A DNA stretch of 64,000 nucleotides from a virus (Duplodnaviria; Caudoviricetes): positions 6,926 to 70,925 of IMG/VR virus record IMGVR_UViG_3300025654_000007. One strand, given 5' to 3'. Positions 18,901 through 27,592 of the stretch are shown piece after piece. Numbering within the stretch: position 1 is the stretch's first letter; each line of letters starts with the position of its first letter. The position numbers and the translations under genes were made by a program. The notes below the pieces were generated by a model that saw only the letters and a program-made list of their open reading frames with translations, had not been told where the DNA came from and made no database searches.

Positions 18901-21236
18901 TATATGACCAATTTGTACAGATGAGTGAAGAAAGCGGTGTTTTTGGTACAGTCTGGAATGAATGGGAAAATAACTGGACAGGTAGCGATTTAACAAGTAC
19001 ATCATCTAATTCCAAAACCAAAGTGTCAAAAAATGAAGCAAAGCAAGCAAGGAACCAAGGCATACCGGTATCCAGTGCAGGTTTAATTCGCGTTGATAAA
19101 ACAACAATCACAGCTGGAACCCTTACTGGTACTGCGAATCGTACTGGTATAGAATCATACGTTACTTCTGATATTGAAACTAAAGTATTAGATGATAAAA
19201 TATTAGAAATTAACTTTATTCCCTTTATGCGATCTCGTAAAGTATACTTTCATGCTCAACTGCTTAAACCTGATACTCAAGTTTTTCCTTACTTCTCGGG
19301 TACAAATATTTCTGCTTACGCTAGATCAGAAGCTGCTTTTGTTGAATTCTCTGATCAAACTGCGGTTGAAACGTATGAAGGCGAAACAGCTCATCCAGAT
19401 GGAACAACTTCTATTATAACTGATTCAACTGGTAGTGTTAAAGGTTCGTTTATTATTCCACGTAATGATCTACTACAGTTTAAGACAGGTACACGTGAAT
19501 TTAAACTCATAGATAATGCAAATAATAGTGATGATGACGCAACCACGAAAGCATCTGAATCATTCTTTGCTCAGGGATTACTTGAAACAGTAGAGAAAAC
19601 AATAGTAAATACAAAGATTCCACGTATAGCTACTCGTGAAGTATCAGATAGTAAAGCAGTTACTGAGTCTGTATACGAAGTAAAAACAGAAATTGTTAAA
19701 TACTACGATCCACTTGCTCAAACGTTTGTTATCGACAAGCCAGGTGGAGTATACGTTACCGAATTAGATTTATTCTTTGCTACAATTGATACATCTATAC
19801 CAGTTTCTGTATCTATTCGTACTGCTGAAAATGGAATACCAACTCAGAAGATTATTCCTGGTACTGAAGTAGTCATTTACCCAAATACAATTACAACTTC
19901 GGCTGATGCCTCAGTAGCTAAGACAATATCATTCGATTATCCAGTTCATCTTCAAACTGGATCAGAATATGCTATCGTTATAGTGTCTAACTCTGACATA
20001 TATAAAGTATTCGTATCTGAAACAGGTGGATATGATCTAACTAATGCTGATTTTAGAGTAATCAAACAACCGTATAATGGTGTATTCTTTACTTCGGCTA
20101 ACGCTTCAACTTGGTCTCCAGAGCAAAATAAAGATCTTAAGTTTAACCTTAAGCGTGCAGTGTTCGATACATCACCTCAGACTGTAACTTTAGTTAATGA
20201 TGTGTTGCCTCTTAAGAAGTTGACAAATAATCCATTATCTGGAACTAATGATTCTTCAAACGTTAAAGTTAAAGTACAACATAGAAATCATGGTATGTAT
20301 TCAACAACAGATGCAACTCACCAAGTAACAATAAGCGGTGTTAGTGGAACTGTTAATGGTATTCCTGCTGCTAGTTTAAATGGAACGCATGATGTAAAAA
20401 CATCTGAATTAGATTCCTATGTTATCGAAATAGCTGGTCAAAATGTAACTACTGAAGATTCTCAGTTTGGTGGTAACGTAGTTAAAGCTACTGAAAATCA
20501 AACAATGGATGTATTCAAACCATCTGTACAGTCAATTGAATTTAAAGAAGCAACTATTACATATTCACTTCAGGCAACTCAAGCTGCATCTGTTGATTCT
20601 AACAGTCAAGCTAACTATAGTGTAGATACATTTAATCAGATTGCTGCTAATACTAATACTTATTTTGATCGTCCGTATATGGTAGCATCACAGCCAAACG
20701 AAAATCTACGTTTATCAGGTGGTAAGTCATTCTCAGTAACAGCAACATTAACAAATAGTGGCATTGATAATATAACACCCGTACTTGATTTAAACAGAGC
20801 TTCTGTTATTGCTGTTCAGAATAGAATCAATGATAATACTGATAATAAATATTCAGTGAATGGTACATTAGTTGCTGATACTGAAACAACAGGTACTACT
20901 TCAGCTGCTAAGTATATAACAAAGCAAGTCGATCTTAGTAGTGAAGCTGATCAGTTAGACATTTATATGTCACTGAATAAGCCATCAGAAGCAGATATTA
21001 AGGTTTTCTATAAGGCAGTATCTGAAGATCAAGTAGCGTTTGACGACGTAGCTTGGACTGAAATTACACCAGTTACTCCACTACAAACTAATGATGGTGA
21101 TGTATATAGTGATTCGCATTTCAGCGTTGATAATGGAAGTGGTTTTAAATCGTTCGCTGTTAAAATTGTATTAAAATCTCAGAACTCATCTTCAGTACCT
21201 ACAGTAAGAGACTTTAGAGCTATCGCAACTATTTAA
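15993..21236 (+). CDS. Large baseplate/virion structural protein (DUF4815 / VrlC-like)
   Basis: YNISPYYDDFD, ILFRPGKSVQVRELTQMQ, LARRTFEESGDY, RYSMNDIGKLEKRINTLEYYTSLSLLE, ends VRDFRAIATI. Confidence 0.88.
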   Translation: MSITKVKNYNISPYYDDFDETDNYHRILFRPGKSVQVRELTQMQTALQSQIDRFGQYNFNDGSRVVAGKVSINTSYDYIKVEAAANSYLSEFVGTTVTGGTNGVSALVLHVVQSENSDADTLFVQYTSSGTSNTQKVFIAGEVLTSDDAETPRTATVGGAGGSTIADPIGQGSLASIEEGIYFISGTFVYVPQSTLVLDKYSNTPSYIVGLQVTESLVSSAEDTNLLDNAAGVPNSAAPGANRYKIETSLIKESLDLTARTVNDYVVLLRINSGIIQSQVTEKIDTELTDRLARRTFEESGDYVVRPYVLDMREHLNNEAGNGGYLTAAEGGDVLKIAIGVEPSVAYVKGFRVENLATRYVEVDKTRSSEDQKTTNGVVSSTGFGNYVKLTGVSGTPDIDNYTVINLEDVGNAVIGTCRARGFEITGGEYRMYIFDLSMNAGKTFSQVHEFVQSSTGFDGNFLGGNVTLYETGENTLVYKLPADAIQTLKTGANHTADYIARVRIQSTGNITANQATFNMPAGTTLANNDDVIIVDDNGATVPVEMADSNVAGVGSSTVTVSGITSNGSGLAQGIFNVQVTNGSAKSKVLQSDVADVITYVGGTQTYALSEVDIVSLTSIVDSQGTDVTDKFILDNGQRSNFYTNGAVTLKGGQTLPAGTFTVTYNAFQHSAAGGDYFSVDSYPAFEDIPQFGGLELRDCIDFRPTKARSGATVGSEFSTGTGTSSANAIQPVGTVSTDITFYLSRIDKLALTTSGEFKIVKGISDVNPREPENIQDSITLYTIRVNPYVFNETDILPKMVDNRRYSMNDIGKLEKRINTLEYYTSLSLLEKSASEAQIFDSATGDMRFKNGFITDAFYGHNVGNSANEDYAVSVDKSNGILRPMFDERSVNLVRKVGDTGTCTKHAGGIVTLPITANVSEVNQPYSTYAQLVNPYSVAVWEGTIKLSPESDEWKEVERRPDVIIDDNGIYDQFVQMSEESGVFGTVWNEWENNWTGSDLTSTSSNSKTKVSKNEAKQARNQGIPVSSAGLIRVDKTTITAGTLTGTANRTGIESYVTSDIETKVLDDKILEINFIPFMRSRKVYFHAQLLKPDTQVFPYFSGTNISAYARSEAAFVEFSDQTAVETYEGETAHPDGTTSIITDSTGSVKGSFIIPRNDLLQFKTGTREFKLIDNANNSDDDATTKASESFFAQGLLETVEKTIVNTKIPRIATREVSDSKAVTESVYEVKTEIVKYYDPLAQTFVIDKPGGVYVTELDLFFATIDTSIPVSVSIRTAENGIPTQKIIPGTEVVIYPNTITTSADASVAKTISFDYPVHLQTGSEYAIVIVSNSDIYKVFVSETGGYDLTNADFRVIKQPYNGVFFTSANASTWSPEQNKDLKFNLKRAVFDTSPQTVTLVNDVLPLKKLTNNPLSGTNDSSNVKVKVQHRNHGMYSTTDATHQVTISGVSGTVNGIPAASLNGTHDVKTSELDSYVIEIAGQNVTTEDSQFGGNVVKATENQTMDVFKPSVQSIEFKEATITYSLQATQAASVDSNSQANYSVDTFNQIAANTNTYFDRPYMVASQPNENLRLSGGKSFSVTATLTNSGIDNITPVLDLNRASVIAVQNRINDNTDNKYSVNGTLVADTETTGTTSAAKYITKQVDLSSEADQLDIYMSLNKPSEADIKVFYKAVSEDQVAFDDVAWTEITPVTPLQTNDGDVYSDSHFSVDNGSGFKSFAVKIVLKSQNSSSVPTVRDFRAIATI

Positions 21237-21245
21237 TAGGTAAAA

Positions 21246-21467
21246 ATGAAAAAGACAGGTAAGGCTATCGTTGAGGACAATCCTAATTTAAAAAGGGATC
21301 TGTCCTCGACTGCTATTATAAATACTAATAACGATGCTTATTCTCAAAGGTTAGCTCAGAAGTCTGCCAGAAGTGTTGGGCGGGATGAGATAAATAACTT
21401 AAAGAATGAAGTACAAGAACTAAAGAATCTAATACATAAGTTGATTGAGGTCAATAATGACAAATAA
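21246..21467 (+). CDS. Small coiled-coil structural-module protein
   Basis: NPNLKRDLSSTAIINTN then coiled coil; typical small gene after the DUF4815 gene. Confidence 0.75.
   Translation: MKKTGKAIVEDNPNLKRDLSSTAIINTNNDAYSQRLAQKSARSVGRDEINNLKNEVQELKNLIHKLIEVNNDK
21317..21324 (+). promoter_or_regulatory. Possible late promoter for the long tail fibre (inside ORF 21246)
   Basis: Exact TATAAATA, but it also encodes IINT. Confidence 0.4.
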
Positions 21468-24400
21468 GACTACACAAGTTGTAACATCTAATTCTGTTGA
21501 AGAACTACGACAAAAGCTAAATGATATATCGTTAGATGTTGGCGCTAATTCAGAATTAGTATCTACATTTACCGATGCTGTTACTGAAGTTGGAACTACT
21601 CGTAGTGCAGGTAACCATGCCTTTGCCACAACAACAAACTTCAATCTAAACTCTGAAACGGTCTATGATTCGGTTGGCGACAATTCGGTTACTGTTGGTA
21701 GCTATGATAAGGGCAATGTTTTAGTATCTTCTAATTCAGTCGACTTGGTTCAAGGTGTCGATGCTGGTAACTATTATGTTCCTCATCAGACGTTTGTCAT
21801 TAATCATAATGCTCCTCAAGATTGGAGTACACATATTGGTGAAGATATTACCCAGTCTGGTTCAACTTGGGCTGGTGGTAAACTTGTATATGTTGACGAT
21901 TCAATTATAGTTGTATTTGGTTCTTCTACTAACTTTACAACTACTAATCAGCTTCAGTTAGCCGGCGCTACTAGTATCAATGGCATAAGTCTGTTATCAA
22001 CTGAAGAGTTATCAGGACAGGCTCGTGCTGTTCGATTAGTTACAGCAGCTGGTGTAGCTGATGATATTCAACTAGCAAATTACGATGCGGTTGTTGCATT
22101 AAACGAATTAATGATAGACATTGGTGATATAACATTACTAAATGTTGATATTACTGATAAGACTGATTTGGTATCTGCTATTAACGCAGAAGAGGTTGAA
22201 TTAAACACAGCACAAGAAGAGATACAAGTTCTTGAAAATCGACTAGGTCTTGGTTACATTGCCGATGAAAATGCATTAGATACTGCTGCAGTAACCGTCA
22301 CAGGTGCAATTAGCGAACTACACACTGACCAAGAAACAATACAAAGTAGAATTGGTGCAGGTTTCATCGCAGACGATAGTGTTTTATCGATTGCAGACAC
22401 TACGTTATCAGATGCGGTGAACTCATTGTTACTTCGTACTGGTGTTGGAGAAACTGCAGGTGTAAGAGACCAAACACTAGATACTACATCAACGAATAAC
22501 GTTGGTGCTATTAACGAATTACATACTGAAATTAACGCGTTGGGTACTGATAAACTAGACTTAACAAGTGCAACATCTCAAACATTAGCTAGTGATGTAA
22601 CAGTTCCAAACGGTAAAACAATAACGATTAATGGATCATTAGATGTTAGTGGTGGTACATTTATAAGTGGCGGTGGTGCTGGAGAAATAACATTTGCCAA
22701 TAGATTCATATCACTAGGTGATGATACAGAAATAACACCTAATGCTGCTGGTGGCGGATTAGAAATAGATCGTGGCGTTGGTAGTAATGCAGTACAAGTA
22801 CGATGGAACGAGACTGATGATGATTGGCAGATGTCACTTGCAGACGGTACCTTTTATGATGTTATTCATAAGGGTAATCTAGCTGATGTATTCGATGGCG
22901 GTACCGAATCTGGTATTTCAATAGCGTATAATTCTAGTACAGATGGTGTTGATATTGCGCTAGACACTCAGTCTGCTTATACTGCTGGCGAGTTTGGTAG
23001 TTCAAGTGCTATTCCTGTCTTTACAGTTAATGATAAAGGTATTGTTACAGCCATATCGACTAGTAACATATCAACTACGTTATCTATGAAGAATACAGGT
23101 GGTTCAACTTTTACTACTGCATTAGGTAGCGATACTCTAATCATAGACGGAACAGCAAATGAAGTTGAAGTAACTATTGCAGACGACAATGTAACAATTG
23201 GGTTACCGGATGATGTTACAATAGCTGGTGATCTTTTCGTTAATGACTATGCTCGAATCGATGCACTAAGAATTGGCACAACTAGTACTGATCCAGGTGA
23301 TGGAAATCTTCATGTCGAAGGCGACGCATATATTGGTGGAAACTTAGACGTAGACGGTACAATTAACTTCGTCGATAGTACTACTGTTAACATTGGTGAT
23401 AATAATATTGTACTAAATGCTGATGTTGTCGGCGTTCCTCCAGTTGTTCAATCAGGTATTTCAATTGAACGAGGAGACGAAGCAAATGCTGAACTTGTAT
23501 TTGATGAAAGTACTGATACATGGCAAGTTAATCCAGGTACTGGAAGTTACGTTAGACTATTAACTGCTAATTCTACAATATCAAATGCTGTCGCTCCTAT
23601 AGATGCATCTTCGATTAATGCAGATATGGATATAGCGTTCCTTGATTCTAATGGTAATATTAATGATCATGCAGCTAACTTAACATATAATCCTACAGTA
23701 AACGGCGGTACCCTTACTGCTGGAACATTTATTGGTGAACTTAACGGTAATGCTGCTACGGTTACTGAGTTAGCAAATGGACGAAATATTACAGTTAACT
23801 CTGTTGACCATTACTTTAATGGTACTGCAAACGTTGATCTAACAGAGGCAATCTATGACGCTGTTGGAGCTATGGTTTCAGGTGGTAGTAAGAGCGGTAT
23901 AACTATCACACATCAAGATGGATCAGATGATATTGATTTCTCGGTCACTGATGTTCATGGTTTTGGTGTAATTACTAATGATGGTACTACTGTATCTGCT
24001 GCAAATGGAGACGACTCTATTGCAATTGTGGGTGGTGATGATATCACTATTAGTGGTAATAATACTAGTAAGACATTGACAGTTGATCATGATGATATTG
24101 CTCGCGTTGATAGTGCTGATGCTTCTCCCGATGGTACTGCAATTACTGCAATTACATCTAATGCTAGAGGTCATATCACTGCTGTTGAATCATATGACTT
24201 TGATAATAGATACCTACAGAACTATTCTGCTAGTGGTGATGTTGCAATAACAACAGCTGGAGTTTCTACAATAGGAGCTCGTAAAGTTCTAACATCAATG
24301 TTACCTTCAGTTGCGACTGATACGTTTTTCGGTAGAACAGCGGTCGGTTCAGGTAGCATGTCAGCGTTATCAGTGACTGAAGCTAAAGAAATGCTTGATA

Positions 24401-25260
24401 TAACAGGTGTTGAGAATGATGCTAATCATTATGCTATAAAGACTGGTCATGATGGAGGCACTGGTGCTGATCTTGACGATGGTGGTACAATTAACATTAG
24501 CGGTTCAGGTGCAACGTCAATATCAAGAACAGGCAGTTCATATACTATCTCGTCAAGTAATACAACGTATTCAGTCGGTGCTAATTTAGATCTTGTTGCT
24601 AATCAGATTAGGCTTGAACCTGGTAATATAGTTGATGCTTCAGTTGATGGTGATGTATTAAGTCTAACGAGACAAACAAACACAGGTGGTTCAGAAGAGA
24701 TTATCACATTTACTGGTGGTGAATCATATACAAGTGAAGCATTCGGCGGTCTTAGCCTCAACTCGACTACGAACGCGTTTAAGTTGAAAGACGATCACCG
24801 ATTAACCACATCCCAGGCAGTATCAGGCTCAAATAATAGTTATAACATATTCGAAGATACAATAATTACAACGCGAGTTGCAAACTCTACCGAAATGGCT
24901 ATCGATAGTGATGGCTTACGGGTCAAAGGTGATATTGTTGCATTTAGTACTTCACTTTCGTCTGATAGAAAACTAAAAGAAAATATCACTAATGTCAAAG
25001 ACGCGTTAGGTAAAGTATGTCAACTTAACGGAGTTGAGTTCGACTGGAAAAATGGTCGTGGCAAATCAGCAGGTGTTATTGCACAGGACGTTGAAAAAGT
25101 ATTACCTCAGGCCGTAAAGCAGACTGAAGATTTTGAAGGTAACGACTACAAAGCAGTTGACTATAACCAATTATCTTCTCTCATGATTGAGGCTATAAAA
25201 GAACTTAAAGAAGAAAACAAAGAACTTCGATTAATGATTGAAGAATTAAAAGGAAAATAA
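21457..25260 (+). CDS. Long tail fibre with C-terminal peptidase S74 intramolecular chaperone
   Basis: Repeated VGAINEL-type coiled segments, GLEIDRG/GISIERG modules, C-terminal SDRKLKENI...GVIAQDVEKVLP...VDYNQL; start probably ATG 21457. Confidence 0.88.
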   Translation: MTNKTTQVVTSNSVEELRQKLNDISLDVGANSELVSTFTDAVTEVGTTRSAGNHAFATTTNFNLNSETVYDSVGDNSVTVGSYDKGNVLVSSNSVDLVQGVDAGNYYVPHQTFVINHNAPQDWSTHIGEDITQSGSTWAGGKLVYVDDSIIVVFGSSTNFTTTNQLQLAGATSINGISLLSTEELSGQARAVRLVTAAGVADDIQLANYDAVVALNELMIDIGDITLLNVDITDKTDLVSAINAEEVELNTAQEEIQVLENRLGLGYIADENALDTAAVTVTGAISELHTDQETIQSRIGAGFIADDSVLSIADTTLSDAVNSLLLRTGVGETAGVRDQTLDTTSTNNVGAINELHTEINALGTDKLDLTSATSQTLASDVTVPNGKTITINGSLDVSGGTFISGGGAGEITFANRFISLGDDTEITPNAAGGGLEIDRGVGSNAVQVRWNETDDDWQMSLADGTFYDVIHKGNLADVFDGGTESGISIAYNSSTDGVDIALDTQSAYTAGEFGSSSAIPVFTVNDKGIVTAISTSNISTTLSMKNTGGSTFTTALGSDTLIIDGTANEVEVTIADDNVTIGLPDDVTIAGDLFVNDYARIDALRIGTTSTDPGDGNLHVEGDAYIGGNLDVDGTINFVDSTTVNIGDNNIVLNADVVGVPPVVQSGISIERGDEANAELVFDESTDTWQVNPGTGSYVRLLTANSTISNAVAPIDASSINADMDIAFLDSNGNINDHAANLTYNPTVNGGTLTAGTFIGELNGNAATVTELANGRNITVNSVDHYFNGTANVDLTEAIYDAVGAMVSGGSKSGITITHQDGSDDIDFSVTDVHGFGVITNDGTTVSAANGDDSIAIVGGDDITISGNNTSKTLTVDHDDIARVDSADASPDGTAITAITSNARGHITAVESYDFDNRYLQNYSASGDVAITTAGVSTIGARKVLTSMLPSVATDTFFGRTAVGSGSMSALSVTEAKEMLDITGVENDANHYAIKTGHDGGTGADLDDGGTINISGSGATSISRTGSSYTISSSNTTYSVGANLDLVANQIRLEPGNIVDASVDGDVLSLTRQTNTGGSEEIITFTGGESYTSEAFGGLSLNSTTNAFKLKDDHRLTTSQAVSGSNNSYNIFEDTIITTRVANSTEMAIDSDGLRVKGDIVAFSTSLSSDRKLKENITNVKDALGKVCQLNGVEFDWKNGRGKSAGVIAQDVEKVLPQAVKQTEDFEGNDYKAVDYNQLSSLMIEAIKELKEENKELRLMIEELKGK

Positions 25261-25262
25261 GA

Positions 25263-25595
25263 ATGGCGGTTTATTCTAAGCTAACAGCAGATCAAGGTAG
25301 CGATTTTGCAGCTAAGGTTCAATTAGTGGATGCTACAGATTCCAATATAGACTTAACTGGTTATACTATTACTGCATCGATTAAGAAATCATATGCGGCA
25401 ACCACAGTATATCCTGTGACTGTAAATTTGATTGATATAACTGGCGGTGTTATATCAATCAACGTAGCAAATACTGTGACTGCTTCAATGAAAGCAGGAA
25501 GATATGTCTATGATGTTGTTGCTGTAGCCAGTGGTGGAACACGAACACGAGTATTAGAAGGTCAATTTGAAATTACAGCAGGAGTTACATCTTAA
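25263..25595 (+). CDS. Small virion structural / fibre adaptor protein
   Basis: DQGSDF, DLTGYT, GRYVYDV, TRVLEGQFEITAGVT motifs common in phage baseplate-upper-like proteins. Confidence 0.75.
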   Translation: MAVYSKLTADQGSDFAAKVQLVDATDSNIDLTGYTITASIKKSYAATTVYPVTVNLIDITGGVISINVANTVTASMKAGRYVYDVVAVASGGTRTRVLEGQFEITAGVTS

Positions 25596-26521
25596 TGTCA
25601 CGTAGAAATGAAATCACGGCAAAGGTTGTTTCTATACAAGCCTCTGGTAGTATAGGCGATATCAGCGATATTGTTAATGTAAATCTTGCTGATGGTGGTA
25701 TGATTAAATACGATATCACTACTCAAAAGTATCACGTCACATCAGAGCTATTAGATCCTTCTCTTACTATTTCGGGTGGAGATTATGTGTCTAATAAAGG
25801 AACAACTATTAATGTTACTACTACCAGTTCTTCGTCTGATCCAACTAGTCTAGCTGTAGGCGAGTTAGCATATAACTCACAGAGTAGTAAATTATTTGTT
25901 GGTGATAGTGTTGATGGTGTTAGTGTCGTTGGTGGTAGTGCATATATAAATCTAATTGATCATGTAGCAGGAATAAATACGTTAGATAGCGCGATGATTG
26001 TCGATGCTAATAACCATATTGATGTCGTTAAAACTGCTTCATTTGTAATTGATGCAAGTGGTGGATCTGTTACTCCTATTACATCAATTGAGACTGTAAT
26101 TACTGATGCTGCTACTGATGCTCAATTTACTACTGCACTTGCCACTGAAAACAGAATACACGAAGTTGTTGGAGCAGATACTCATAAGACATTAGCTAAT
26201 AATTCAGGTGCTCTTCGTAACCTAAGCGATGTTATAACTACACATGGTAATGGTAATACTTTAATATTAGACGATGTTCAAGTAGGCGATGGTATAACAT
26301 TAGATTCCAGTGATCTAGGTTTAGAGTATGCTATAGTCAATATTAGTACTGAACAGTTAATTATTAGTCCTGGTGCGGGTGGTTCATTGTCATTCGCTGG
26401 AGGAACCGGTACAGTACCGCTAGGTGCTAGACTATTAGCTTCAGGCGGGGTAGCTTCGGTATTAAGGACTACTGTAGCAGGAAATCCTCATTGGGTTATT
26501 TTTGGCAATGGGTTATCATAA
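25595..26521 (+). CDS. Short fibre / tropism-type structural protein (probably two-part, internal GTG at 25787)
   Basis: Small N-terminal module ending ISGGDY, then LAVGELAYN (Mtd-N/hyaluronidase-like motif); ends WVIFGNGLS. Confidence 0.7.
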   Translation: MSRRNEITAKVVSIQASGSIGDISDIVNVNLADGGMIKYDITTQKYHVTSELLDPSLTISGGDYVSNKGTTINVTTTSSSSDPTSLAVGELAYNSQSSKLFVGDSVDGVSVVGGSAYINLIDHVAGINTLDSAMIVDANNHIDVVKTASFVIDASGGSVTPITSIETVITDAATDAQFTTALATENRIHEVVGADTHKTLANNSGALRNLSDVITTHGNGNTLILDDVQVGDGITLDSSDLGLEYAIVNISTEQLIISPGAGGSLSFAGGTGTVPLGARLLASGGVASVLRTTVAGNPHWVIFGNGLS

Positions 26522-27093
26522 TGATTAATGTTTCACAACTTGGCATGGTGGCAGCCGCTGGTTCTGATGTCAATCCCTTAGTAGCTAATGTAGGTGTTTA
26601 CACGTTTAATATTAGTCTCTATCAAAATAAAATAGCAGACGTATGGGGTTACGATCGTAGGTTAGGTGATGATCCAATAACAAATGTAACTGATCCTAGG
26701 TATGGACAATATGACAACTGGTACTTGACACAGACTGAGACCTTCGGCGAAGTTGATAATGAATATGTATTAATACGCGGAACACAGTATAGGATTACAA
26801 GTTTTGAACATTCAAGTATATCTGGCATTAAATTATCGTTGCATGATCCAAATAGTGATCTTCTCGAGAGCGATATAGTATCAATAACGCATAACGCTGC
26901 AACATCAACGGTGTTTGCTTTCGCGAATAATCAAAGCGGATGGGATATAGATTTCGATGAGGACGGTGTAGCGGATTCAAACACTGCAGCTGACAATTAT
27001 AATAGTGTCTGGACCTTTGGGAATTCTGGGCAATATTGGGCCAATCCGACTATTGATGGAACCAACCTGGTAATAATTAGGACAGCGATATAA
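26521..27093 (+). CDS. Putative fibre tip / adhesin (start probably ATG 26521)
   Basis: TAATG overlap with upstream stop; N-terminal LGMVAAAG; Trp/Tyr/Asp-rich. Confidence 0.6.
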   Translation: MINVSQLGMVAAAGSDVNPLVANVGVYTFNISLYQNKIADVWGYDRRLGDDPITNVTDPRYGQYDNWYLTQTETFGEVDNEYVLIRGTQYRITSFEHSSISGIKLSLHDPNSDLLESDIVSITHNAATSTVFAFANNQSGWDIDFDEDGVADSNTAADNYNSVWTFGNSGQYWANPTIDGTNLVIIRTAI

Positions 27094-27539
27094 TGTATAA
27101 TATTAGAGAATCATACAGCATAGATAAAGATCAATTTGTTAAAGTATACGAATCTCATAAGGAACGTATCGATTTAAACAGTAAGTTTTCTGATATTGAT
27201 ACTCTACTTAGTCGTTTTGATGGTGACTACAAATTAATATTAGAAATATATATTGAAGAAACAGATGAAATCGTTGGATATGTAACTGGTGTAGTGTTTA
27301 AAGATAACAAATACCAAATAACTAATATGATATCGACAAACTCAGATGTTTTAAAAACAACATCAGCAGAATCGTTTCATACGCTTCTTAAATCTAAAGA
27401 CATAGAATCTCTTATGTTATACTGTCATCCAAAGACTCCAGTTAAATATTGGGTAATGTCTAGAATGGGCAGACCTGACTTATATAGTCTCAATAAAGAA
27501 TCGATAAGATCACATCTTGTTGAGCTTAAACTTAAATAA
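27093..27539 (+). CDS. Hypothetical protein, possibly GNAT-like fold
   Basis: TAATG coupling; pattern LILEIY..E.DEIVGYVTGVV..YQITNM resembles a GNAT beta-core. Confidence 0.55.
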   Translation: MYNIRESYSIDKDQFVKVYESHKERIDLNSKFSDIDTLLSRFDGDYKLILEIYIEETDEIVGYVTGVVFKDNKYQITNMISTNSDVLKTTSAESFHTLLKSKDIESLMLYCHPKTPVKYWVMSRMGRPDLYSLNKESIRSHLVELKLK

Positions 27540-27554
27540 GACCTTTCTGACTGA

Positions 27555-27562
27555 TATAAATA
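27555..27562 (+). promoter_or_regulatory. Late promoter
   Basis: TATAAATA intergenic before ATG 27593. Confidence 0.85.
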
Positions 27563-27592
27563 ACCTTAAGATACTATAATTATAGGTAACAT

